Of a stretch of DNA of 64,000 nucleotides, positions 1-9,825 are shown piece by piece; within the stretch, counting starts at the first letter, position 1; each line of letters starts with the position of its first letter. This DNA is from Thermoplasmatota archaeon (lineage in GTDB: Archaea; Thermoplasmatota; Penumbrarchaeia; Penumbrarchaeales; Penumbrarchaeaceae). The notes below the pieces were generated by a model, which searched no databases, was not told the DNA's origin, and worked only from the letters and a program-made list of their open reading frames with translations. Location: contig CBDDUX010000038.1 of NCBI GenBank assembly GCA_965234725.1, positions 8,257-72,256 on the forward strand. The letters run 5' to 3'. The position numbers and the translations under genes were made by a program.

Positions 1-42
1 AAAGGATCGGGAAGGACCGCAGATCCATTTCTTTGAGACAAG

Positions 43-2178
43 GTGAAGGTCATGGGAAGGGTTCGGAGGTCCACCTACAGACAGCCTGTAACGCCAAAAG
101 GCCTTGAATCCATTGAGAAGGGGACAGTGGAATGGTTCGATACAGAGATGTACTCCAATCTCAACACGGAGGTACTAGAAGAATATCTGGACCACAAGAA
201 CAGGAATGAGAGCTTCGATCGGTCCGAATTCTCCTGGGGCAAACTCCTTTTTGTCCTTCTTGTGGTGGGTCTTCCTTTTACGGTAATCTCACAATACATT
301 GCCCTTAAGATCGGACTTGTTACAGGAGGTGCATTTTATGTTTCATACCTCGTTGGTATGGCAAAGAAATGGAAACCCACACAGGTCAATATCGCATCGG
401 GATCTGCCACAGCGGTCGACAGGACAGTAACCGGATTCGTTTTCACATTTCCTGCAATATACCTACTGGCTTACTCATCACAATATGTAATGTCCAGTGG
501 CGAACCGCTCATCCCGCCTTCACTTATAGAGGGCACCAGCATAGTGCCTCTTGCCATTATTGCATCATTCTTTGCATCTCTTATGGGTTTGATGTACTTC
601 ATAATCTTCCGCAGGTTATGGCAGGTGGAGGATCCTCTCCCGGCACCGGGTTTCCAGGCATTTGTAAAACTCCTTGACATCTCCAATAACCTTTCAGAGG
701 GCGGTGTGAAACATGCATTCAGGTCCATAAAGCTCGTTTTCTATTCTTTCCTTGGAATGTTCGCCTTCGCATTTATCAGGGATTTTCCGTTCGGTCCCAA
801 GAAACTGCCGATACTGACCTATCTGATGCAGGGCATCGGTCTGGGTGATTGGTTCAGCCATGGAAGGATACACATTCCATATTCCATGTCCAAGTGGACA
901 CATATCTCCTATGAGTTCACAGGTATCGGTTTTGCCATAGGGTGGTTCCTGAAGTTCAGATCGGCATTCATTGTGGCGGCGGGATCGTTCGTAACCTGGT
1001 TTTTTATCGTCCCCATGGCGGTATGGCTGGATGTTCCCATTTACATACCTGTCCTTGAAAAGTATGCCGGAACCGGATACCTTTCAACACATGCACTCCC
1101 CATTCCTGCAAGTGACCTTTCAAAATATATTCCCTATGCATCCCCTGCCTTCGGAGCAGCCCAGGGGATCGCGAAGATAATTGCGATCGGAGCCATCCTG
1201 GGGGGAGGATCAACGGCACTGATCAAGATGATACCCATATTCAAAACGGTCCTGACAGATATCACCAAGACAACAGGCGGGGAAAAACGGGAATGGGTCC
1301 CGGGAAAAGGCTGGTACGAATGGCCTACCCAGCATATCGGGATCGTTGCTGGGACCGCATTCATCGTCATATTCTTAGCCTTCTGGCTCTTCGGAGGTTT
1401 TCCCTGGCTTGCATCACTTGCTTTCTCAGCTCTTCTCGTGGTATTAACTTTCCTCTTAGGAGCGATCGCCGTGAAGATCTCTGGGGAGGTGGGAACTACA
1501 CCGGTATCCGGAACCTCATTTCTGACACTTCTTCTCCTTTTCGGAGTTTTCACCCTCACCAATGCCGTTGTGAAGTTCGACAGCGAGGCCCAGATCATAC
1601 TAATGGCCCTTGTTGGAACCACTGTCTTCGGATCGGCAATCTCACTTTCATCGGAGATCATGTGGGATTTCAAGGCCGGTCTTTATGCAGGCACCCGACC
1701 AATGCACCTGATCAAGGGTGAGAGCGTTGCGATCATCATAGGAACCCCGGCAGCTGCTCTGGCTGCGGTATTCTTTTCAACAAGGCTCGCCACAGGGGAT
1801 CTTATCCTTGAGGCCCCCCAGGCACATGCATTCGCAGTATTCGTTCAGATCCTCGCCGGGGGGAAGGTCATGTTCTCACTCTTCTTCCTGGGGATGGGCA
1901 TCGGTGTATTGGTAGAACTTCTGACCGGGATGGGAACTGCATTCGGATTGGGTATGTACCTTCCTCTCCAGTACACCCTTATGATGATCACAGGGGGGGG
2001 AGCAAGAGAGATCTGGGAAAGAAAATGGCTTAACAAGAAGGCCAAAGCCGAGGGATGGGAGGAGAACCAGAAGACCTTCAAACTGTTGGATTCCTATATG
2101 ATAATGACAGGGCTCTACATAGCGGAAGCCATAATTGGAACCCTCCTTGCAATTTGGCTCGTTTCACCCTTCTCCTGA
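43..2178 (+). CDS. OPT-family oligopeptide transporter (polytopic membrane protein, 711 aa)
   Basis: Long ORF with about 16 hydrophobic helices. Size and topology typical of OPT superfamily (COG1297). GGTGA-like RBS 7 nt upstream of ATG at 43. Family assignment is from recall, not search. Confidence 0.55.
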   Translation: MKVMGRVRRSTYRQPVTPKGLESIEKGTVEWFDTEMYSNLNTEVLEEYLDHKNRNESFDRSEFSWGKLLFVLLVVGLPFTVISQYIALKIGLVTGGAFYVSYLVGMAKKWKPTQVNIASGSATAVDRTVTGFVFTFPAIYLLAYSSQYVMSSGEPLIPPSLIEGTSIVPLAIIASFFASLMGLMYFIIFRRLWQVEDPLPAPGFQAFVKLLDISNNLSEGGVKHAFRSIKLVFYSFLGMFAFAFIRDFPFGPKKLPILTYLMQGIGLGDWFSHGRIHIPYSMSKWTHISYEFTGIGFAIGWFLKFRSAFIVAAGSFVTWFFIVPMAVWLDVPIYIPVLEKYAGTGYLSTHALPIPASDLSKYIPYASPAFGAAQGIAKIIAIGAILGGGSTALIKMIPIFKTVLTDITKTTGGEKREWVPGKGWYEWPTQHIGIVAGTAFIVIFLAFWLFGGFPWLASLAFSALLVVLTFLLGAIAVKISGEVGTTPVSGTSFLTLLLLFGVFTLTNAVVKFDSEAQIILMALVGTTVFGSAISLSSEIMWDFKAGLYAGTRPMHLIKGESVAIIIGTPAAALAAVFFSTRLATGDLILEAPQAHAFAVFVQILAGGKVMFSLFFLGMGIGVLVELLTGMGTAFGLGMYLPLQYTLMMITGGGAREIWERKWLNKKAKAEGWEENQKTFKLLDSYMIMTGLYIAEAIIGTLLAIWLVSPFS

Positions 2179-2214
2179 TATCCCATTATATATGAAAAAG
2201 CAATATTAGGTCAG

Positions 2215-3267
2215 ATGAAGGGAAGAAACATTAAGAAGCGCAACCTAACATGGCTAGCCCTTGCTATCCTCTTCATTGTTATCATTGCCTTGTTCATCAA
2301 CTTCGGCGGAGAGATCCTTGATGAACTGGTTGGTCTCGATCCAGTATACTTATTATTTGCCCTGGCATGCTACTCAGGTGTTCAGCTGGCCTGGGCGATC
2401 AAATGGTACCTTCTCGTGAAAAGAAGGGTGAAGAATGCCTGGTTCCCTTATGTTGCCCTTGCCAACATGTATGGAAATTTCGTTAATGTTACCACTCCAT
2501 CAGGACGAATGGCCGGAGAACCCCTCAGGTCAAGGGCCGTTGCAAAAAAATACAGGGCAAGGTTCTCCACAGTATTTGCCGCAGCTATGGTGGACAAGAT
2601 GACATTGACCATAGCCATGATCATTCTTCTCATCCCACTCACGATCTACATGACCTTCACCTTTTCCATGCCCAGGATACTTGAGTATTTCATGGGGGCC
2701 TTTGTTCTTTTCTGGATCGGTGTGGCTACCATCTCCTATTTTCTCTTCAAAGGGATGGGAGAAGGGAGGTCCCGAAAGGTAGGTGACTTCATATACCGGA
2801 TCGCCAGGGTGATACTGAAGGGAAAATATAGCGACAGGGGATTCTTTGTAAACAAGGTCAAGGACGGGATCCTGGAATTCAAGAGATCGTTCAAGATCCT
2901 CTCCAAGGATCCATTCCTGCTTGCTATCGACCTTGCACTCGGAATCACGATCTATCTGTTCAGATTCGCAGCGGCCTATATGTTCTTCCTAGCTATTGGC
3001 CATTCGGAGCCCTTCCTCACTGTCTCCACGGTTGTAATGATAGCATTCATCATCGGTCTGATATCACAGCTACCCGGTATGGTGGGGGTCGGAGAATCAT
3101 CCATGACCGGTCTTTATCTGGCAACCGGTGTCAGGGTTTCGACTGCCATAACAGTATCCATCCTAACTCAGCTCAATGTTTACATCTTCGAGATAGGGCT
3201 TGGGTATCTCTCCATGATAGCCCTCAATCTGTGGAAGAGCAGGGATTCATCCTCTAAGCTCCCTTGA
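2215..3267 (+). CDS. UPF0104 / lysylphosphatidylglycerol-synthase-TM-like (flippase-like) membrane protein
   Basis: Basic N-terminus (MKGRNIKKRNLTW) followed by about 8 TM helices, 350 aa. Architecture typical of COG0392. Confidence 0.45.
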   Translation: MKGRNIKKRNLTWLALAILFIVIIALFINFGGEILDELVGLDPVYLLFALACYSGVQLAWAIKWYLLVKRRVKNAWFPYVALANMYGNFVNVTTPSGRMAGEPLRSRAVAKKYRARFSTVFAAAMVDKMTLTIAMIILLIPLTIYMTFTFSMPRILEYFMGAFVLFWIGVATISYFLFKGMGEGRSRKVGDFIYRIARVILKGKYSDRGFFVNKVKDGILEFKRSFKILSKDPFLLAIDLALGITIYLFRFAAAYMFFLAIGHSEPFLTVSTVVMIAFIIGLISQLPGMVGVGESSMTGLYLATGVRVSTAITVSILTQLNVYIFEIGLGYLSMIALNLWKSRDSSSKLP

Positions 3268-3624
3268 GGTCCTCTCCACAACGGACTTCACATTGGTGTA
3301 CCATTCCTCAATGGTCTCAATGAGCAATTCCTGAACCTTCTCGGGCTCCATAGCTTCGTATACATGGAAGATCCCCCCTCCCTCCCTGTTCCTTATCTTC
3401 TTGAAGACCAGACGATTGTCCACCAGCTTGCTAACAGATCGATAGGCAGTGGAGCGGTCCCTGCCGATCCTGTTTCCGATCTCAATTGCCGTACCTGGTC
3501 CGTTCTCTAGAAGTTCCCGGTACACCTTGAGGTCCTGGGTCGATAGATCGAAAAAGCATCGAATAGCATTCTCACAATTGGAACTCATTCTCCTGGGGAA
3601 CAGTTTCACATCCATCCGGACCAC
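3247..3624 (-). CDS. Small winged-helix transcription regulator (TrmB/MarR-like HTH)
   Basis: Motif LKVYRELLENGPGTAIEIGNRIGRDRSTAYRSVSKLVDNRLV matches the TrmB-type wHTH. Likely true start is the internal MSSNCEN (about 3585). Convergently overlaps the upstream gene end. Confidence 0.6.
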   Translation of the reverse strand: MVRMDVKLFPRRMSSNCENAIRCFFDLSTQDLKVYRELLENGPGTAIEIGNRIGRDRSTAYRSVSKLVDNRLVFKKIRNREGGGIFHVYEAMEPEKVQELLIETIEEWYTNVKSVVERTSRELRG

Positions 3625-3690
3625 CCGACTTCACATGTAAGGGGTCAATTCGATTAGACCCTATCAACTCAGTTGTTCGGCATAAGCGCA

Positions 3691-3708
3691 CAACTTTTAT
3701 ATATATAG
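3691..3708 (+). promoter_or_regulatory. BRE/TATA box (aaCTTTTATATATATAg) for thioredoxin gene
   Basis: Archaeal-type TATA about 25-30 nt upstream of the TTG start at 3728, in a divergent intergenic region. Confidence 0.4.
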
Positions 3709-3727
3709 CTAAAGGGGGTCTTTAAGT

Positions 3728-4060
3728 TTGAACCATAAAAATGAAGGGATCGAGGAACTGAGTGATGACATATTCGATACATACATTTCTCAGAACAGGG
3801 TCGTTCTGGTGGACTTCTGGGCACCATGGTGTATGCCATGTCAGCTCCAGGGCAGAATGCTGAAATCCAATATCGATGATCTCCCTCAGGGAGCCAAATT
3901 GGCGAAGATCAATGTTGACAACAATCCCTTGACCTCGCGTAAGTTCCATGTGAGAGGAATTCCCCAGATGCATCTTTTTGTGGATGGCAAGCTTACCAAA
4001 GGATGGACCGGGGTCACTCCAGCTAAGGTCCTTCTTAAAGAAATGAAGAGGTTCACCTAG
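3728..4060 (+). CDS. trxA: Thioredoxin
   Basis: Motif FWAPWCMPCQ (CxxC active site in thioredoxin context), about 110 aa. TTG start. Confidence 0.8.
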   Translation: MNHKNEGIEELSDDIFDTYISQNRVVLVDFWAPWCMPCQLQGRMLKSNIDDLPQGAKLAKINVDNNPLTSRKFHVRGIPQMHLFVDGKLTKGWTGVTPAKVLLKEMKRFT

Positions 4061-5226
4061 ATAAGTGGAAGTATTGCACAGTCTCTCAAATATTCTGAAT
4101 TGAGGTTGGTCATTTCACCGGATGTCCTCCCCGGAATGGGGAGCAGGCGGGCGGAAAGGGGTTTGTCCCATTTAATTGAAAGATAGGCCACATCCCTAAG
4201 AACAGATGCGATCCGATCTACTGGAGCATCCCCCGGAATAGGAACCGTATCCAGTCCTGTTCCGCATACAGCCGAATATAGGAGCAGTTTCTGAATATCC
4301 AGAGAACCAAGGTCAGCAGACCTTGCCAGACCCTTATCCTCCATGACAGGAAGCATCAGACCACTGTATCCGCATCTTTTCACTGTTACATTGGTCAGGG
4401 ATCGTGTTATCGAGGCTGTAGCTGATAAGGTTCCGCTTGAGCCGAATGGCGATCCCGTGATCTTCTCTATTGCTGAGGCAATTGAACAACCCTCATCCAG
4501 TCCGGGTGCGAAGGATAGATCGATCCCACGGTAATCGTACGAGGACCTGGAAGATATCTCAAAGCAGATCTTTTCCACCTTCTTAAGTTCCTGATCGTAA
4601 AGGTGACATAGGAACCTCTCGAACTCCTTCAGATGGGAGGTCCTCTCTGCAGCTATTTTTACCATATCACCGGATTCCATACCCAAGGTGAAAGAGGAGG
4701 CACCTCCTCCGTGATATGCGGCAGGAAAGAAAGGGATGTCCGGAGGACAGGATGCAGTGGATGAGAACATGAAGTTCCTTGACCCATCCGGTGAGATCAC
4801 GGAGACCTCCTTTATCGCTCGGGAAGCTGCCTGGATATTGTCCTCCAGAGGGCCTGTAATCCTATCACCTAGAAAAGCAGACGTGCAAACATAGGTGGTC
4901 TCCTCAAGCATCTTTGGAACCTGCTCGATAAAAGCGGATGTGATCGAAGGCCCCACTGAGATAAAGTCGATACCGTTCCTTCTTGCAGATGCTTCTATCT
5001 CCTTCACTTCGGAAAGGAGGCCCTCTCGAGACCTGTTGATAAGGAAAGTGGTCCAAGGCTGTGTGGAGAGCCGGACAGTCTGGACCTCGATCCCTGAATC
5101 GTTGAAGAGGTCCTTTGCACTTTTGAGGAAACTACCAGCTTCCTCCATCTGCTGGTCCAGATCGGAGAAGTGAATGTGGATACCAGCTGTTACGGTCCTG
5201 ACCTTCATTGAGGAGGATAGGTCCAT
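4057..5226 (-). CDS. UPF0210 (DUF711) family protein
   Basis: 389 aa. N-terminus MKVRTVTAGIHI typical of UPF0210 family. Real start probably the second Met (about 5208). Confidence 0.45.
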   Translation of the reverse strand: MDLSSSMKVRTVTAGIHIHFSDLDQQMEEAGSFLKSAKDLFNDSGIEVQTVRLSTQPWTTFLINRSREGLLSEVKEIEASARRNGIDFISVGPSITSAFIEQVPKMLEETTYVCTSAFLGDRITGPLEDNIQAASRAIKEVSVISPDGSRNFMFSSTASCPPDIPFFPAAYHGGGASSFTLGMESGDMVKIAAERTSHLKEFERFLCHLYDQELKKVEKICFEISSRSSYDYRGIDLSFAPGLDEGCSIASAIEKITGSPFGSSGTLSATASITRSLTNVTVKRCGYSGLMLPVMEDKGLARSADLGSLDIQKLLLYSAVCGTGLDTVPIPGDAPVDRIASVLRDVAYLSIKWDKPLSARLLPIPGRTSGEMTNLNSEYLRDCAILPLI

Positions 5227-5323
5227 TCATGTCAAAAAGGGTTTTGATGGGATTGAAAGAATGAACCATAAAACATCAGTTTAAAATACGATTCCATCCA
5301 ATTATTGGCCGAGTGATTGAAGC

Positions 5324-6211
5324 ATGAGACGGATCCTTGCACTGCAGATTTTTCTTGTCTTGATCCTGTCCACGGTAATATTCATCAATGAAGGGTCTGA
5401 AGCTGAAGATTCAGTAGAAGGACCGGTATTCACAGTTGTAATGGATGAGTATGTGAAGACCGCCATTGTTGCTCCCGGAACCAACGGGATCGTTACATTC
5501 TACGGAAATGTATCCTGTGTTTTCCCTGGCAATGCTACTGATGAGACCTACTACCTTATCTCTTTCAGAACTTCCTGCAGCGGTTGGCCAGTATCCTCCC
5601 TTCCTACGTTGATCGTTTCCAGAGAAAAGAACACTGTTGCCTTCCCTGTAACGGTCCAGGTCCCGTTGGAAACCTCATCCAGCAAGATGGGGAACCTTAC
5701 AATAGAACTTTTTTGGAGTGATGGTAATCCCTACAATGAGACCCGAACCATTCCTACGGTATATTGTAAGGTTGAAGTGGAACCTTATATCAGTATCGAG
5801 CTCCATGGGATCACTTACAAGGAATCGAAGAAGAGGGAATGGAAGGAATATGATATCATCATACTCAATTTCGGGAATTCACCTGTGAATATCACATTGG
5901 AGATCGAAAATCCTGGAAATCATCCACTGAACGTGGACCCAATGTATACCACTGTCACTATCCCGGAAGGCAATGAAACCATTGTCACCTTCCGGGTAAG
6001 ACAGGAAGGAGGAGGTGCCGGGTCCCATTACGTACTGCTCAAAGCGATCTCGGAGGATGGTGAAGAACTCTCGGAGATAAGTATATACTACAGGGGAGGG
6101 GTCGAAATAGATCCTGTTGTGATCTTTATCCTATCCTCCCTTGTTATCCTTGGGTTCATTGCTGTTATCTTTTCAATAAGGAAACTTCGAAAAAGAAGTA
6201 AAACTGTCTGA
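5324..6211 (+). CDS. Secreted, C-terminally membrane-anchored glycoprotein (hypothetical)
   Basis: N-terminal signal peptide, many N-x-S/T sequons, C-terminal TM helix plus basic tail (RKLRKRSKTV). TATA-like gtttaaaata about 36 nt upstream. Confidence 0.5.
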   Translation: MRRILALQIFLVLILSTVIFINEGSEAEDSVEGPVFTVVMDEYVKTAIVAPGTNGIVTFYGNVSCVFPGNATDETYYLISFRTSCSGWPVSSLPTLIVSREKNTVAFPVTVQVPLETSSSKMGNLTIELFWSDGNPYNETRTIPTVYCKVEVEPYISIELHGITYKESKKREWKEYDIIILNFGNSPVNITLEIENPGNHPLNVDPMYTTVTIPEGNETIVTFRVRQEGGGAGSHYVLLKAISEDGEELSEISIYYRGGVEIDPVVIFILSSLVILGFIAVIFSIRKLRKRSKTV

Positions 6212-6546
6212 GTCAATAATGGACCATTAAGTGAAAAGCTTTATTTTCTCTACAATATCCCTACGATCCGATGAAGAGAGGTCACATAATAATCATGTCA
6301 AGATTTCTGTTTATAATCATTCTATGTATGAGAAAGTCAAACAACCAATGGATATCCTGAGTGAATTCTCATGGAAGATCGAAGATGGGAGCAGTTGTGA
6401 TCTAAGAGAATTCCATATTATCTATTATATCAATGAGGGGATGGAAAAGGGTTTCCTGAGGATAAGGTTCATTTCACGAACCTTCAGAGATAGAATATCA
6501 TTTCCAGCATATGGAATGATATCCATATTGGAATTTACTACCCGAT

Positions 6547-9228
6547 TTGTCAATAAGGATCCAACAAAGGATTTATCTCGGTACAATCACATTGCCCGGA
6601 TGGTCCAAAGGTGAAAGTGAGCTTATGTCCAGAGAAAGTCCGAAAAGGATCACACGAAGGAAGCTGACGGCGATCGGGACGGTATCATTATTGGTGATAT
6701 CCGCTATTGTAATTTTCCTTTACATTGATCTGAAAGAGGATGGAGCATTGCCCTTGGCAACGATGGATGATCTACTGAATTCAAGATCCGAGAGGAGCGG
6801 AAACGATCCCGATGTGATCATCGTCGATAAAGATCTACCGTACATGGTACTGGCAGCAACATCAATTGCAGTCTATTACCAAGATAATGAAAGGATCTCC
6901 TCACCGCTCCTGTGTACCGGGGACAACCCGGACACACCCGATGAGGGGAGTTCAAAATCAACAGAGAGCTTCCTGGACGCTTACCCTCATTCCAATGTAC
7001 TAAACATCGATTCACACTCGGCCATGGAAGAAACGATAAAGCTCGCAAAAACCTACTGGAAATCCTCTGATGGTGCAGTGCTCGTGAAAATGGATACTGA
7101 CGGTTATGAGATGGCCATAAGCGCGGTCGTAATAGCCAGCTACCTGAATATTCCCGTATTGATAATGGAGGACCAGAGTTCGGAAGTGGATCAAACGCTA
7201 TCTCTTCTGGACGTAAAATACACGATCCTATGTGGAGACCTTAGAGGATACGGTAAGATCTGGCCACTTCACTCGAATGAGGAGATCAATTCGATCCTGG
7301 CCACAGGTCATCCGGACTCGAAAAGTGAGATGAGATCCATCTTGAAGGACCGGCTTGGAATGGATGCAAATTATATCGTTTTGGCAAATCCGAACGATAT
7401 TCGGGTGCCTGGTGTCATCGATTCCTTCACCAAGGAATTCACCGGGATCGTGAAACATTCGGATACGGGATCAACCTCTTTCCCGACCTCATCTGGGGAT
7501 GCACCCACTTTTTACATGAACATTCCTGAAGATTACCAATATACCAGGGTCACGGTGGATTCCTCAATGGACTGCATTGATCCAAGGAATTTCGGAACGG
7601 CAGAAACGCATGGAGAGCGGTCCTATGTCTATTTCGGTATCGATGAAGATAAGGACGGACAGATGGTCCATGACGGTGACTCCGAACCAGATACGCTGCA
7701 TTTCATGTCCCCTTCCCTTGCATATTCATATTCCGGGTCCGGATCCAGTGTTCAGGCGGTCTGTCATACCGATTATCCGATCTTCAATTCCACCGGTGAG
7801 AAATGCATCCAGATCAAAGCCTCTCTCGATTACAAGGTGACACAGGATTCCCATCTTCCCGGCCCTGGTATTACCAAGGATATGTTTGGGTCCGAAACAA
7901 CATTCACGATCACCGTCACGGTTGAGAAACTGGATTCTTACATCTATCCCAGGCTCGTGGGCGGCTCTTCCCTTGCCTCCTATCTTGCAGCGTTCAGGGG
8001 TGGGATCGTCCTCGCCGATCCCGGTTATTCTGTCCATGACGAGGAGATGGTTGCAAATGCCAACTGTGGAGATCCAACTGCAAACGAGGAACTCTATGAG
8101 AATATCAATACACGTACAATGAAGGTGAAAAACGACCTGAACGACCTGCTTGGAGACCTGGCAGATGTTGACGGGAATGATTGGGGCAGTGTAGCAGAGG
8201 TCTATGGTTCCAGAGACCTATCCGACCCGATGTATGTCGGGATCTTGGCTGACCCATTCATGATCCCTCAGTTATACTACACGAACACACAGGGAGATTA
8301 CGGTGAGTCAGAAGGTTTCGGAACCCCTTCGGACAATGGATACGGCAACATAGATGCTGATCTTGAGAATCTGCCATTCAATGTAGATGGAAGCGCCCCC
8401 ACACTGGAATTGGCTGTGGGAAGAATGACCGGCTGGGATATTCAGGACACATCCTCGCTCCTTGCCAGGACCTTCTTCTACGATGATATCATAGATTCAT
8501 ATCCAGGTCATTCAGGATCGTTCAAGGACAGCGCACTGAGTACACATGGGACCGTAGTGCCTGTTGGAGCGGCAGAGACCGTCGTGAAGAAACTGGAAGC
8601 TGCATATGAACAGGCCGGTTTCACTGTGGATGCATACCACAATTTCGCCCTGTCGGATTCAAAGTATTCAGCAGAATATTACGAGACCTCCAATTTCATA
8701 TTCGAATGCGCTCATGGACATTATTACTGGTTCGTCCCTCCGGGTTACAAGGACACCAGTGCGGGGGGAGGTTTCACGGTTGCTAACGTGCAGGATATGG
8801 ATTTCGGTCCTGGAGTGATATTCGCCTCATCGTGCGTTACAGGAAAAGTGGACGGGATACCTCTATACAATGGTCTCTCTCAGACTTTCATCCATTCAGG
8901 AATGAATGCATATGTCGGAGCATCCCGATTATCATGGGGGTCGCTCATACCCAGTCCCATGGCATCTCCATCCGGGGAGGCTCTGGGAGGTTATGTTGGA
9001 CTCCTCTTCTACGGTTATCTAACTGGTTTTATATATGACAGGGATGGAGGGCTGAGATCGGAGGGTGTAGGGGACCTTTCCGTAGGAGCGGCTTTGATGC
9101 ATGCAAAGAACGATTTCACACTGGAAGAAGGGTCGGATGGAGGGGGACCGATCGACGATACGGTGGAAGAGTTCAATCTACATGGAGACCCTGCGTTCAA
9201 CCCTTATGAACCAATATTCGACAGTTGA
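6547..9228 (+). CDS. Membrane-anchored clan-CD cysteine peptidase (gingipain/C25-like)
   Basis: N-terminal TM anchor (TAIGTVSLLVISAIVIFLY). Catalytic His-Gly...Cys dyad FIFECAHGHYYWF ... VIFASSCVTG with about 40-aa spacing, as in C25/C11 peptidases. Alternative start about 6627 (MSRESPKR). Confidence 0.6.
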   Translation: MSIRIQQRIYLGTITLPGWSKGESELMSRESPKRITRRKLTAIGTVSLLVISAIVIFLYIDLKEDGALPLATMDDLLNSRSERSGNDPDVIIVDKDLPYMVLAATSIAVYYQDNERISSPLLCTGDNPDTPDEGSSKSTESFLDAYPHSNVLNIDSHSAMEETIKLAKTYWKSSDGAVLVKMDTDGYEMAISAVVIASYLNIPVLIMEDQSSEVDQTLSLLDVKYTILCGDLRGYGKIWPLHSNEEINSILATGHPDSKSEMRSILKDRLGMDANYIVLANPNDIRVPGVIDSFTKEFTGIVKHSDTGSTSFPTSSGDAPTFYMNIPEDYQYTRVTVDSSMDCIDPRNFGTAETHGERSYVYFGIDEDKDGQMVHDGDSEPDTLHFMSPSLAYSYSGSGSSVQAVCHTDYPIFNSTGEKCIQIKASLDYKVTQDSHLPGPGITKDMFGSETTFTITVTVEKLDSYIYPRLVGGSSLASYLAAFRGGIVLADPGYSVHDEEMVANANCGDPTANEELYENINTRTMKVKNDLNDLLGDLADVDGNDWGSVAEVYGSRDLSDPMYVGILADPFMIPQLYYTNTQGDYGESEGFGTPSDNGYGNIDADLENLPFNVDGSAPTLELAVGRMTGWDIQDTSSLLARTFFYDDIIDSYPGHSGSFKDSALSTHGTVVPVGAAETVVKKLEAAYEQAGFTVDAYHNFALSDSKYSAEYYETSNFIFECAHGHYYWFVPPGYKDTSAGGGFTVANVQDMDFGPGVIFASSCVTGKVDGIPLYNGLSQTFIHSGMNAYVGASRLSWGSLIPSPMASPSGEALGGYVGLLFYGYLTGFIYDRDGGLRSEGVGDLSVGAALMHAKNDFTLEEGSDGGGPIDDTVEEFNLHGDPAFNPYEPIFDS

Positions 9229-9302
9229 TCACTTGAATCTACAATACGATCCTATACAAATAATTCGATGAAGCATTTTTCATAGTGAAGGGATAGATCG
9301 TT

Positions 9303-9752
9303 TCAGGCATCTATCTCAACCTGGATTCCTGGTCCTAAACCATATTCCTCTGAAAGGCCCTGATTCACTTCTACAACATAGAGACAAGGTCCTCCGCTGG
9401 AAAAGCGGTCTACTTCATTGTCCTTCTTACCTGCACCGGAATTCGCCTCTGATATCTTGAGGACATGCAGGTCCTCTGAAATGAAGATGATATCCAGGTC
9501 CAGATAGGTATCCTTCATCCAGAAGGTTACATTCCTGGGAGTATCGTAGACAAAGACCATTCCTTCCTTTTCTCCAAGGGAGGTCCTCAGCATCAGGCCC
9601 TTGGTCCTCTCGAAATCATCATCTGCTATCTCACATCGGACCACAAGGTCCTTCCCCTCGAGATCGAACCTGACAATGGCCAAAGATCCCTGATCCTTCT
9701 CTTCCGGTCCATCCCTTATAGGCATGATACCTGCTAGAAATAGGGAGATCAA
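9303..9752 (-). CDS. DUF192 (UPF0127) family protein with N-terminal signal/TM
   Basis: Motif GLMLR...GMVFVYD...FWMKDTYLDLDIIFI matches DUF192 consensus. Start appears to be TTG. Confidence 0.7.
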   Translation of the reverse strand: MISLFLAGIMPIRDGPEEKDQGSLAIVRFDLEGKDLVVRCEIADDDFERTKGLMLRTSLGEKEGMVFVYDTPRNVTFWMKDTYLDLDIIFISEDLHVLKISEANSGAGKKDNEVDRFSSGGPCLYVVEVNQGLSEEYGLGPGIQVEIDA

Positions 9753-9825
9753 GATCAGTGTGAATATCAGGATAGTTCGGTCGATTTGGATTCCCCGGGT
9801 GGTGTAAGAGTTTCAGAGGTTAAAA

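Noticed and set aside
6231-6614. 127-aa ORF upstream of the C25 peptidase gene
   Set aside because: Lies in a 330-bp AT-rich leader region, has low-complexity I/F/Y/R-rich composition, and overlaps the peptidase start. More likely promoter/leader DNA than a gene.
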